From the NCBI GenBank assembly GCA_041738935.1, contig JBGSOV010000020.1, positions 57,467-121,466 on the forward strand: a stretch of DNA of 64,000 bases, in the 5' to 3' direction. Source of the DNA: Candidatus Altimarinota bacterium. Lineage in GTDB: Bacteria > Patescibacteriota > Gracilibacteria > CAIRYL01 > GCA-016699755. Position numbers and translations under genes: made by a program. Shown here one piece after another: positions 1 through 9,858 of the stretch (position 1 is the first letter of the stretch; every line of letters begins with the position of its first letter). The notes beneath the pieces were generated by a model. The model did not search any database. It was not told the DNA's origin and saw nothing but the letters and a program-made list of their open reading frames with translations.

Positions 1-128
1 CAGAAAAAAAATGCCGCTCTCCAGTGTCTTTTTTCATTTGAACCCCCTCAGTCCCCCTTGTCAGGGGGAAGGAATCACACGATGATTGTTTTCTTCTTGC
101 TTCTTGCATCCTAAATCTTGAATCCGAC

Positions 129-1703
129 TTAGTGCGCAATTGCTTCGGCGCGCATTTCGCGGAAGACCACAACCTTAATTTCGCCCGGATATGTGAGCTC
201 TTCTTGCAAGCGATTGGCGATATCGTCCGCCATTTTTTTCGCCTCCAAATCGTTAACATCTTCGGGATTAACAAAGACCCACATGTCACGACCAGCGCTC
301 ATCATGTAGCATTTTTGTACGCCTTTAAATTCTTTCACAAGTTCTTCTTGCTGCTTGAGACGCTTGATATACATCTCAGTCGCATCTCGGCGAGCACCTG
401 GGCGACTTGCCGAAATCGCATCTGCCGCTTGTACAAGATAGGCTTCGACACAGAGTTTTTCGATGTCTTCGTGATGGGCTTCCATTGCATTAATCACCAT
501 TGGATCAAGACCAAATTTGCGTCCGATTTCGCCAGAGATAATGGCATGTTTGCCACCCACTTCGTGGCTGACCGATTTACCCAAGTCGTGAAAAAGTCCT
601 GCCATTTTGGCGCGCATAGGATCAGCGCCGATTTGATTGGCGAGTTCTTCGCACAAAAAGCCAACTTCGATTGAATGCTGCAAAACGTTTTGACCGTGAC
701 TTGTGCGAAAGCGGAGGCGTCCCAAAATCTTCACAATCTCTGGCGCAACACCAGTGATTCCCATTTCGTCGAGGGCTTTTTCGCCGAAGTCTTTGATCAT
801 TTTGTCGACTTCTTCTGTGCTCTTGGTAACAACTTCTTCAATACGAGCGGGGTGAATACGTCCGTCTTCGAGGAGTTTTTCCATCGATTTTTTGGCAATG
901 AAACGGCGGAGCAAATCATAGCCAGTAATAATAATGACTCCTGGTGTGTCATCGACAATTACGTCTACACCCGTCAAACGTTCAAAAGCATTGATGTTGC
1001 GTCCTTCGCGTCCGATGATGCGTCCTTTCATGTCATCGCTTTCAAGTTGAACTGTGGTTTGTGTCGCTTCGCTTGTGACTTCGGAAGCAAATTTTTGAAT
1101 TGCCTGAGCGATAATATCGCGTGCTTTTTCGTCGACGGTTTCTTTGATGCGCAAATCAGCGCGCTTCAAGCGGGCGAGCATTTCTTTTTCTTTTTTCTTT
1201 TCGACGATTTCGTACAAACGCGTTTCTGCTTCTTCTTGATTCAATTTTGCAATCTGTTCGAGCTTGATTGCTTCTTCGTCAATCTTGGTTTGCAGTTCTG
1301 CTTTCTTTTCAATCAAAATGGTTTCTTTATCGATCAGTCCTTGGCGCTGATTTTCAATTTCTTTCACTTTTCCATCGAGATCTAACTCGCGCTGCTCGAG
1401 ACGTGCAGCTTGTTTTTCGACTTCTTGAAGCATGCGATTGGCTTTCTCTTTGGCATCGGCAATGACATCTTTCGAATTGGATTCGGCAGTGAGCTCGACC
1501 TCGCGGGCTTTTTTCTCAGCAATATGAACTTGAGTCTCGGCATCACGAATTTTTTTGACGTTTTCGGCGTCAAATTCGAGTTGTTTTTTGCGCAAATCTT
1601 CACGCTTAAAAAAGTAGCCAGCAGCGAGACCAAGCATCAGTGCAGAGGCACCGAATAAGAGCAAATGTACGAGAGTAAAAACGGATTCTGAATCGGGGGA
1701 CAT
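129..1703 (-). CDS. rny: Ribonuclease Y
   Basis: N-terminal TM helix, coiled coil, KH domain (MKGRIIGREGRNI), HD domain (HSIEV...FHDLGK), ADAISASRPGAR. Confidence 0.97.
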   Translation of the reverse strand: MSPDSESVFTLVHLLLFGASALMLGLAAGYFFKREDLRKKQLEFDAENVKKIRDAETQVHIAEKKAREVELTAESNSKDVIADAKEKANRMLQEVEKQAARLEQRELDLDGKVKEIENQRQGLIDKETILIEKKAELQTKIDEEAIKLEQIAKLNQEEAETRLYEIVEKKKEKEMLARLKRADLRIKETVDEKARDIIAQAIQKFASEVTSEATQTTVQLESDDMKGRIIGREGRNINAFERLTGVDVIVDDTPGVIIITGYDLLRRFIAKKSMEKLLEDGRIHPARIEEVVTKSTEEVDKMIKDFGEKALDEMGITGVAPEIVKILGRLRFRTSHGQNVLQHSIEVGFLCEELANQIGADPMRAKMAGLFHDLGKSVSHEVGGKHAIISGEIGRKFGLDPMVINAMEAHHEDIEKLCVEAYLVQAADAISASRPGARRDATEMYIKRLKQQEELVKEFKGVQKCYMMSAGRDMWVFVNPEDVNDLEAKKMADDIANRLQEELTYPGEIKVVVFREMRAEAIAH

Positions 1704-1718
1704 AAGGGGAGGGAGACA

Positions 1719-1885
1719 GGAAAAACTGCTCCCAGTACGAAAATCAAATCGGCTGTAGAAGGATTGTTCGTGAACGAGCGCCTTGCGATTGTGCTGATTG
1801 TAGAGGCATTTGCGAGAAAGTCAGGGATGAAATAAAACAAATATCTTCTCCTTTTTTGTACTGGGTAACAAGTGGAATAACTTCC
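1719..1885 (-). ncRNA. Candidate 6S-like rod-shaped RNA or structured rny leader
   Basis: Ends pair: GGAAG/UUUCC, UGUUACCCAGUAC/GUACUGGGAGCA, AGAAG..UUGUU/AACAA..CUUCU; starts just downstream of a sigma70-like promoter. Confidence 0.5.
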
Positions 1886-1892
1886 GAAAAAC

Positions 1893-1921
1893 AGTATCCC
1901 AGTTTTCTGTAAAAATCGCAA
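1893..1921 (-). promoter_or_regulatory. Sigma70-like promoter
   Basis: TTGCGA-17bp-GATACT with extended TGn on the minus strand. Confidence 0.5.
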
Positions 1922-1962
1922 TCAGAAAATTTTGTCATTTTACTTTTTATTCCGCATTTTTT

Positions 1963-4900
1963 TTATTTTAGACCAAGAATTCCATGATCCTCTTTTGGAT
2001 AACCTTCAATATAAGTACTTAAATCCCCTGTAGTGCTGTATGTATAGGTGTTGAGGTAGTCGTCCGGCTTTTGACTAGGATGATCTTTTTGATATTCACC
2101 TACCGCAGCGTCAAGAATCTCATCTAACTTATTTGGATTCTTTATCATGATTTCGTTTGCAATGGCACCAATTTTTTTTCCAAAATCGACAGAACCCTCA
2201 GGAAGAAGGCTTGGATCGGTAAAGCCATGGGCAGCTGTTAGGTGTGCTCGAACTTTCTGGATCGTTTCTGGTGTGATTACTCTCTCGCCTTCGTCAATAA
2301 TTCTAAAAAGTTCCGGGTCAAGCACTTTAATAATATCATTGTTCGACTTCATAAACTCATTGGTCGTCTTGGGTTTGGCACAATAGATTGCTTTTTCTCG
2401 CGGTTCGGCCCGTCTTTCAGTCGCGCTCCCTTCGTATGTATCACGGATTGAAGTATTTCCGTATTCTTTTGGATGGCTAAAACGACCATTATAGATTGCC
2501 CCGAAGGCAAATGTATATTCGATGTGAGCTGCGACTTGTTCTCTGAGCAATTCTCTATTTTGAATATGACCCGCTTTGGATTCACGCGCCATGGTAGTTA
2601 TACGAAATAATTGACCAGCAATCACATTTGGAATACCGGTAATCGGCAGACGCCCATTGGTACCCACATTGGTGGCGAGCAACATTTGTGCGATACCAGC
2701 ATTTCCTACTGAACCGGCAACAAAAGCCCAGTCATGGTCGAGTTTAGTATCTGAACATGATTTGCGCATCCGTTCTTGCACCTGCATATTACCAATGACC
2801 TCGGTTTGAAACCAGTCCTTAAAATTTGCTGGCATGTCACCATCTTCCTTAGGTTTAAACATATTGCCGATTTGTCGAAGTTGATCAGCAGTCGGCTTGA
2901 CACTCAAAAACCAGTTGGTCATGGGATATTGGTTTTGGTATTTTGTATCAAACTGCGTGACTCGTTCCATATTGAGCAGACCCAAATTGACCCCCTGCAA
3001 TATAAACCAGAACACCTTGATCGGATTACTCTTGTTTAAGTTAATCGCCGCATCGATATACATTTCAAAACGATGCGGTGAGACTTTCTTTTGTCCGCCT
3101 CGCTTGTCAATAATCATTTGGGTAATGATATCATCCATGTGATCCATATTTTGCGAAGATTCTTCTTTATACTCCTGTTTAGTGCTTTCGAAAGAGCTAG
3201 CGTTTTTGCGGTCGATATCGCGGAAAAAGTCATTATCATAAAGGATTCCGCACGCTCGCTGGAATTTGGAACGGAGAAACTCGCCATTGTCCGCATCCGA
3301 CTCAAAGAAACGAATGTGATTCTGGTAACGCTCGAATGCTCGCCACAGTCGACGATCATTCCAGTCGATCGCACCTCGTTCGGAGAGGAGATAAAGACAC
3401 GCTTTTAATTCATCTGTATTGGCGCTGCTGTCAACACGCTCCATAATCTGCCAGCTATCTTTGTTACTGAGTTGTTCTTTATAACTATTAACCGCGTCGG
3501 TCTCGCTTTTTTCGCGGACATTGTCAAATTCGTTGCCAAGTGGAGGGATAAGATTTTCGAACAGTGCTTTTCCCACTAATCCAGCTCGTCGTTTAGAATT
3601 GCGCTCGTGGCGGCGTTCGATAAATTCTTTGGTAGTCGAAAAGAGCGTTTTAAAATCTCCCAGTGCCAAAAAAGTAGTATTGTCCCACAAATCAGTAAGA
3701 GGATTGACTTCTTCCGAATGATTAAAAGCTATGTGGGCAAGCACCTTATCGATTTCTTTTTCTGCTTCTTTCAGCATTGCCATCATTTGCGTAAAGGCAT
3801 CGTCCCTATTCTCCTTTGGAATACTATCGAATCTTGAAAGGGTATCGGATACAACCCCTATTGTTCCTTCTGCATTACTAATAAGTTGCTCTCGAAAATC
3901 ATCTGGCATAGCTTTAAACTTCCTTATTGTCTGGAGCTTTTTCAAAATACGGCGGCGGCGTTGATTATACTGAAATCGAAATGTTTTTGGCGTTGCTTCT
4001 GATAGTTCATCATCTACAAGCGCGTCTTCGTCTATTGTCATGTAGGCGAGTCTCTCGCCTGCATTCCACCAACCTGCACGCACGCTGTTGTCAGCAAAAT
4101 GCTGTGCTGCCTGTACGAGATTTGAAGTCAGGAATTGATTAAGCAGAGTTTGATTTTGTGATTTGAAAGCTGCCAATTCGTTCGCCTCACCCTGATCATT
4201 GGGGTCAATCAGCGAATCAGAAAAAACATACGCAAGAAACTCCTTTTTGCGATCTCTATGCGGCAAACGCTTGTTCCCATTCATTCGGCGATAACGCTCG
4301 AGAAATTTATTGTAAAATTCTTGAAAACCAGGCTGGTTTTTGAGCTCTTCATAGAGTGCCTCGGACGGACGATATTTCGAAGCTTGGTCGATGGCATGCA
4401 AGCCTTCGTGACGCAAGACTTTGGCGAGAAACTCCTGATTTCCTTCCCAGACTGAACGCTTTACCCGAATAACAAAGCCAGTCTCGGTGACCTCAAAATG
4501 TGCATTTTCGTTATTTGGTAAGTGATCGACGATTTCCAGAATCGGCTTGTGATCAAGCCCCCTAAGATTTTGTAAATACTCCTTATCAACATCTCGATGA
4601 GAACTTACCCACTCCGCGAATGTTCCCAATTGCGAAAGTTGCTCTTTCACCTCTGTTTTCTCCTGATCGGTTTTCTGCGTGAGTTGTTTTTGAAAAACTG
4701 CCTGATTGATCTCTTCATAAGCGCCAGCTTCTTTGAGCTCTGATGCGCTTTTTCGCCATTCACTTGCTTTGACGCGCACTTTGCCTTCCGCAGTCGCTTG
4801 AACATTTGTTTTCGAATTATTCCATTCGGCATCTTCTACGACTTCGATAACGCCTTTCTTCGCAAGAGATTGTTTTCGCTCTTCGGTAAGTCCAATCCTT

Positions 4901-7452
4901 TCTGCACCATAGGCAGAACCATATTTTTCAACTTCTTCCAAAACCTGCGTAGGCGTTGGAAACGCATTGGGTGTTTGCTGTTTTTTTACCTGCAATTCTG
5001 CAAGGCGATTTGCACGCGCATCAAGTATCGATTGAATATCTGCGCGATCCACATCACCAAAAGTATCAGCTTTGCGATCATCAAGCGCACCAAGAATATC
5101 GTCGCACGAAGCGTCGAGATTAAGAATATATGCCGAAAGTTCTTCCTCCTTTTTTAATTGCTCTTTTTCGTCGTTCGTCAGCGCGTCCTCCGAATTTTGT
5201 GAAGCCGCCTTGCGTGCCAGCTCGGATTGTTGACTTCGATGCATTTCTGCCAGCTTTTCAGAAATATGTTTCGCATCACAAAATTTGTCATACCACTTTT
5301 CGACATCTGTCTTTTCTATTTCGTACAGATCAAGATATCCTTGCCTAATTTCTTCAAACCGATTATGTATTTCGTTATTCTCAATCGTCTTTCCTTCGAT
5401 GATTTTTGCCATATCAGCAGAATTGCTGGTAGTCATCTGTTTTACTTGCTCGGAAACATGTTCAACAGCAGCGGCTTTGACACTTTTGAGGCGAACAAAA
5501 TCTTGGTAAAACATGTTTTGCTGAACAGCACCAGCATATTGCTCAATGCTTTTACTTTCCGTCTCCTGTTCAATCGCCTTGCGAAGAAAAGAATTTGTTT
5601 TTATCAAATTCCCCTGATTGAGACCTTCGGCTAGTGCAGTGCATGGCTGAGCCAAAACGCGCTCAGCTGCAAATGATCTTTGCCCATCACCCGGAATTTC
5701 GTACCCCCATTTTTCCGCGAATAAAAGATAATCTTGCAGAGGATTTTTGAGGGCATCTTCTTGAGCTGCCTGTGCATGAAAGAGAATGGCGGAAATGACT
5801 TGCGTGACTTCCTGTGGAATCGCTTCATTTTCGATGTCGTTCTTTGGTACATCAGTTCGCTTTTGCTCAAGGTCGGAATATTGCACGAAAACGGTGTTGT
5901 CTTCGAGTTGGCGCAATGTTTCAAGTGTTTGTAAATCATCGTGATTAGAATTCGCTAGCTTGAGCGCAGCATCTTGATACCTGGCTCGTTGGGCAAGTGC
6001 CCGCATGCCAGAACTGTCATCTGGATTTTCTGAAGGATCATCTTGATACGCCAAGAGCGCATCCTTATTTAGACCGTGTACGGCAAATTGTTGTTGCAAT
6101 CGAGCATCAATTTCTTCGGATTGGATGCGTATGGTTTCTTCGGATTTTTGACGAACGACACCTGCCAAAAACTCATCGACCTGTTGCAAGAGTTCGACCA
6201 TAATCTTGTTCTGCGTTTTTACATCTTCACTATCCTGAATTTCTTCAAATAATTCATTACGCTTTTGATGCATGAGCTGAAGATCGTTCGGAGATGAAAT
6301 ATTTTTGGCGATTTCCCCGAGCTCTTCATACAAAGTGTTTGCTTCGAACACATTAAAAAGCGGCTTGTCTTTATCAATCTCTGGATGAGCAGTATAATAC
6401 TGCTCCTTTGCAAGATGCCAAGCATTGTATAAATCTTCACCAAAACTTCGAGCGTCATCGAGATTTTTTTCGAATGATTTTTGCAAATGGGTGTAGCCCG
6501 ATTCGATCCCAACTTGCGTCAGTCCCATGATTTCGGCGAATGCTTTTTTGTCCGCGATCTTGTCGTTGAGTTTGTTGATATTCTCGCGTGTCAGGTGGCG
6601 GCGCAAATACGCATCGCGCATTTGGACAAGCCGAGTGTTTTTGTACGGCAGTTTCGCAAGCGCAGTAAAAAAATCCTGCAGGAATTCCAGCGAAGATTCG
6701 TCAGAGGAAAAAACTTCGATAATTCTAGAAAGTGGCACTTGGAATAAGCGCATATATTCGGCGACTTCGAGCTTGTCTTTTTTTGACTTAAAAATATCGA
6801 TGATATCCGAATATCCATCCAGCTCTTCCGAAGCAGAAAGGAGGTGGTAGATTTCATCCGCTTCTGCTGTCGGCAAAAACAATGCCGCTTCCGTGAGAAT
6901 TTCTTGCTCTTCTGTGTCCATTAAAGACATTGCATGTTTCGCGGAAGCGTACTCTGCTGCATAATATCCGCGAGCTTTTTCCAAAAACGCCCGATAGATG
7001 TCTGCCCGCAAAGAATAGTGCTCGTGAGCGGCTTCGTACAAAATCTGGATGTCACTCGGATCAGTAACTCTTTTTTCATGCAAGAGCTGGACAGCGATTT
7101 TTGCGAGTGCGCGTCGGCGCAGGTCGTAACTCATAATCGTAGAGGCGAGCTGCTCTTTTAGAAAGTCCTGTTCAGGGAAGGCAATCTCTTCCGCTGCAGC
7201 AAGGATCGCTTTTACTTTTGTGAGATTTTCTAACTGTTGCTTGGTGTGCACTGTGGTTATATCGGGCGCTCGTTCGGTTGTGATTCCGGGAGCTAGTATA
7301 TCGATTTTTGCTCGTGTCCAGTCTTCAATCAAATTTGGATTATCCTGACTTCTTTTCTGCTCCTTTGCATCCTCATCCAAAAACACCATCCTCTTCTCCA
7401 AAAAGTAGTGTTTGCGTTCGTGCCAAGCCGAATTATATGGAATGTGAAGCAT
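1963..7452 (-). CDS. Very large (1829 aa) helical hypothetical protein with a zincin-like HEXXH motif
   Basis: Long ORF, coiled-coil-rich; LRHEGLHAID followed downstream by KEFLAY. Confidence 0.8.
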   Translation of the reverse strand: MLHIPYNSAWHERKHYFLEKRMVFLDEDAKEQKRSQDNPNLIEDWTRAKIDILAPGITTERAPDITTVHTKQQLENLTKVKAILAAAEEIAFPEQDFLKEQLASTIMSYDLRRRALAKIAVQLLHEKRVTDPSDIQILYEAAHEHYSLRADIYRAFLEKARGYYAAEYASAKHAMSLMDTEEQEILTEAALFLPTAEADEIYHLLSASEELDGYSDIIDIFKSKKDKLEVAEYMRLFQVPLSRIIEVFSSDESSLEFLQDFFTALAKLPYKNTRLVQMRDAYLRRHLTRENINKLNDKIADKKAFAEIMGLTQVGIESGYTHLQKSFEKNLDDARSFGEDLYNAWHLAKEQYYTAHPEIDKDKPLFNVFEANTLYEELGEIAKNISSPNDLQLMHQKRNELFEEIQDSEDVKTQNKIMVELLQQVDEFLAGVVRQKSEETIRIQSEEIDARLQQQFAVHGLNKDALLAYQDDPSENPDDSSGMRALAQRARYQDAALKLANSNHDDLQTLETLRQLEDNTVFVQYSDLEQKRTDVPKNDIENEAIPQEVTQVISAILFHAQAAQEDALKNPLQDYLLFAEKWGYEIPGDGQRSFAAERVLAQPCTALAEGLNQGNLIKTNSFLRKAIEQETESKSIEQYAGAVQQNMFYQDFVRLKSVKAAAVEHVSEQVKQMTTSNSADMAKIIEGKTIENNEIHNRFEEIRQGYLDLYEIEKTDVEKWYDKFCDAKHISEKLAEMHRSQQSELARKAASQNSEDALTNDEKEQLKKEEELSAYILNLDASCDDILGALDDRKADTFGDVDRADIQSILDARANRLAELQVKKQQTPNAFPTPTQVLEEVEKYGSAYGAERIGLTEERKQSLAKKGVIEVVEDAEWNNSKTNVQATAEGKVRVKASEWRKSASELKEAGAYEEINQAVFQKQLTQKTDQEKTEVKEQLSQLGTFAEWVSSHRDVDKEYLQNLRGLDHKPILEIVDHLPNNENAHFEVTETGFVIRVKRSVWEGNQEFLAKVLRHEGLHAIDQASKYRPSEALYEELKNQPGFQEFYNKFLERYRRMNGNKRLPHRDRKKEFLAYVFSDSLIDPNDQGEANELAAFKSQNQTLLNQFLTSNLVQAAQHFADNSVRAGWWNAGERLAYMTIDEDALVDDELSEATPKTFRFQYNQRRRRILKKLQTIRKFKAMPDDFREQLISNAEGTIGVVSDTLSRFDSIPKENRDDAFTQMMAMLKEAEKEIDKVLAHIAFNHSEEVNPLTDLWDNTTFLALGDFKTLFSTTKEFIERRHERNSKRRAGLVGKALFENLIPPLGNEFDNVREKSETDAVNSYKEQLSNKDSWQIMERVDSSANTDELKACLYLLSERGAIDWNDRRLWRAFERYQNHIRFFESDADNGEFLRSKFQRACGILYDNDFFRDIDRKNASSFESTKQEYKEESSQNMDHMDDIITQMIIDKRGGQKKVSPHRFEMYIDAAINLNKSNPIKVFWFILQGVNLGLLNMERVTQFDTKYQNQYPMTNWFLSVKPTADQLRQIGNMFKPKEDGDMPANFKDWFQTEVIGNMQVQERMRKSCSDTKLDHDWAFVAGSVGNAGIAQMLLATNVGTNGRLPITGIPNVIAGQLFRITTMARESKAGHIQNRELLREQVAAHIEYTFAFGAIYNGRFSHPKEYGNTSIRDTYEGSATERRAEPREKAIYCAKPKTTNEFMKSNNDIIKVLDPELFRIIDEGERVITPETIQKVRAHLTAAHGFTDPSLLPEGSVDFGKKIGAIANEIMIKNPNKLDEILDAAVGEYQKDHPSQKPDDYLNTYTYSTTGDLSTYIEGYPKEDHGILGLK

Positions 7453-7661
7453 GTATTAAAATCGCTTAGAAAAGAGCTTTGCGTATAATTTGTTTTTGTT
7501 CGTTAAGATATTCCTAGTATTTTAGCATAACTAAATGGTTTTAACAACAAATGCAAGCGATTTTCTTGCTCATTAGGAAGCCACTCGCTTGCAGAAGAAT
7601 GACTTTTGTTTTTGACAAAAAATCACTATAATACAGAGATAAAACCTTCACGACGTCGCCC

Positions 7662-9251
7662 ATGAAAGTTCCTGGATTTGTCCTCTCGCACACAAACATC
7701 AAAGATGCCAAAATTTGGCATTTTTACCTGCTTATGACTGGTTGGGCTTGTGTATATACCACGATGAATGTCGCAGTGATTTTGTTTTTGCAAGATGCAC
7801 TCGGCAGTATTTTTATGGCGGGATTGGCGCTCGCGCTTGGTTCGGTTTGCGCGCTCCTCTTTGATGGCGTGTTTTCGTCATTACAAAAAGTTTTCAGCGC
7901 ACGCAGCTTGTTTTTGACTTCCATCATGGGAATGATTTTGGCGGTTTTTTTGTTTGTGATTTCTTTTCATCCGGTCTTTGTTTTTTTGGCAGTGATTTTA
8001 TTCCGTATTGCCTACGATTTGTGCGATATAACTGCAGTTTCGTATATCTTGGCAGAAAGCTTGCCGGCAGAATATGGACAAAATCTTTCTTACAAGCAAC
8101 TCTCGCAAGGCATTGGAATGATTGGCGGATTTTTGGTATCGGCGATTGTGTTGTCGACGGCATATTTTGTCGGCGATATCTCGGAAGCGGTGATGGACAA
8201 AACAAGCCAACTTTTTGATGCGCAGTTGCAAACAGCATTTGTTTCGGCACTCTTTTTTGTAAAAGCCTTTCTGCTCATTTTATTAATCGCATTATGGGGA
8301 GCAGCATATTTGCTGTTCGATCAAGAAGAGTTCGAACTTTCGCGCGCCAAAATCGTCAGTTCGTTTCAAGAACTCGAAGCTGAAACGGTCAAAGAACTTA
8401 AGAAAAAAACAGCAAAAATCGTGCGCAATATCCCTGGTTTGCAATTGCAACAAGCAACCGGACAAGAGATACGCCTTGTTTCTACCGACATCAAACATCA
8501 ATTTGATTTTCGTGCAACCTTCTCCGAACTTGGCTCTGCCATGAAAGATATTTTTCTCGTAATTCGCAAACGCCCAAGCAATATCCCACTTGTTTGGTCG
8601 CTATCCGTCTTGTGTATTTTTTCATATTGGGACACATTTTTGGGCACGTTTATGCCCATCTTTTTTACCGAAATCCTCCGCGAGCAAAGCGGCTGGCTTC
8701 ATGCTGTCCCGGGGAGTATTTTGATGTTTTTGTTTATCGTGCCAGTGCTCGGATTATTACCGTTGGCCGCCAAATGGGGAGACAAACATGGACGGCATTA
8801 TCTCATTATGACGGGGCTTGTTTTGACGACTATTGCCTCTTTTGCTGTGGGGCTGATGGATCCGAAACAATTCTTCCTGTTTTTGCTTGCTGGCTTTGGT
8901 ATTTCATTTGGATATTTGTTTGTGATGAGCGCGGTGCGCGCCAATACCGCTGCCAAGTTGAATGAATTTTTGGCAATGGAACGTGGTGACGACAAAATCG
9001 ACAGTAATGCTTTTGCAGGATCGATGATGCTGACCGACAATTTGGGGAATATTGTCGGCACACTCCTGGGCGGCGCGTTGATTACTTTTTTCAGTTTTCA
9101 AGGTTTTTTCGTCATTTTTGGTGTGTTACTTCTTGTCATTATTGCCATTACGATTCGAAAATACTCACAAATCACCGGATATGCCTATGTTTTGCAATCT
9201 CCTGTTGTGCAGATTAAAGTAGCCGAAACACCCTTAGCCAGCAGTGAGTAA
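7662..9251 (+). CDS. MFS transporter
   Basis: Two bundles of TM helices separated by a long cytoplasmic loop; motif-A-like KWGDKHGRH. Confidence 0.8.
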   Translation: MKVPGFVLSHTNIKDAKIWHFYLLMTGWACVYTTMNVAVILFLQDALGSIFMAGLALALGSVCALLFDGVFSSLQKVFSARSLFLTSIMGMILAVFLFVISFHPVFVFLAVILFRIAYDLCDITAVSYILAESLPAEYGQNLSYKQLSQGIGMIGGFLVSAIVLSTAYFVGDISEAVMDKTSQLFDAQLQTAFVSALFFVKAFLLILLIALWGAAYLLFDQEEFELSRAKIVSSFQELEAETVKELKKKTAKIVRNIPGLQLQQATGQEIRLVSTDIKHQFDFRATFSELGSAMKDIFLVIRKRPSNIPLVWSLSVLCIFSYWDTFLGTFMPIFFTEILREQSGWLHAVPGSILMFLFIVPVLGLLPLAAKWGDKHGRHYLIMTGLVLTTIASFAVGLMDPKQFFLFLLAGFGISFGYLFVMSAVRANTAAKLNEFLAMERGDDKIDSNAFAGSMMLTDNLGNIVGTLLGGALITFFSFQGFFVIFGVLLLVIIAITIRKYSQITGYAYVLQSPVVQIKVAETPLASSE

Positions 9252-9752
9252 CTGCCAAAATGCCAGCGCGGTTTCTTCGGTAGCACTCGGTCCTTTACCC
9301 GTGCACAAATTGCCATCGACAACCGTTTGCTCATCGAGAAAGATGGCACCATTTTTGGCGCACAGCGCAGCGAACTTCCCGTCATCATTGTAGCCAGTGC
9401 ATTTTTTAGCAGTCAAAAGTCTCCATTTGGTAAAATTCTGCGTCGCTGCACAAATGGCGCCAAATACTTTGTTTGCCGCTACAAACTGCTCTGTCAGATG
9501 TTTTGCAGTTTCGTTTTCTTGAAAAATCAGGCTGCCACCGCCACCCACGAAAAAAATCGCATCAAAATTATTTGAATCTCCTTCCGATAAAATGTATTCG
9601 TGTTGCACTTTGTAGCCAAAACGCCCGATTGATTCGTGTGTTAATGAAGTCGTTTTTACAGACGCGCCCAGCTGCTCCCAAAAAGCGCGTGGCACGATAT
9701 ATTCGCTGTCGCGAAAGTTGTCTGGTGCAAGTACCATCAGAATTTTTTTCAT
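9234..9752 (-). CDS. DJ-1/PfpI family protein
   Basis: FRDSEY, FFVGGGG, nucleophile elbow GAICAA, VVDGNLCTGKGP. Confidence 0.9.
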   Translation of the reverse strand: MKKILMVLAPDNFRDSEYIVPRAFWEQLGASVKTTSLTHESIGRFGYKVQHEYILSEGDSNNFDAIFFVGGGGSLIFQENETAKHLTEQFVAANKVFGAICAATQNFTKWRLLTAKKCTGYNDDGKFAALCAKNGAIFLDEQTVVDGNLCTGKGPSATEETALAFWQLLTAG

Positions 9753-9858
9753 ACGCATTGAAAAAGAACCATCTGTATTTTAGGCTTGTGACTAAGCAAT
9801 GCAAGATTTTTTTGATGAATGAAAGAATGCAGCTGTTTGTTTCGAGGAGGAGGAGAAT

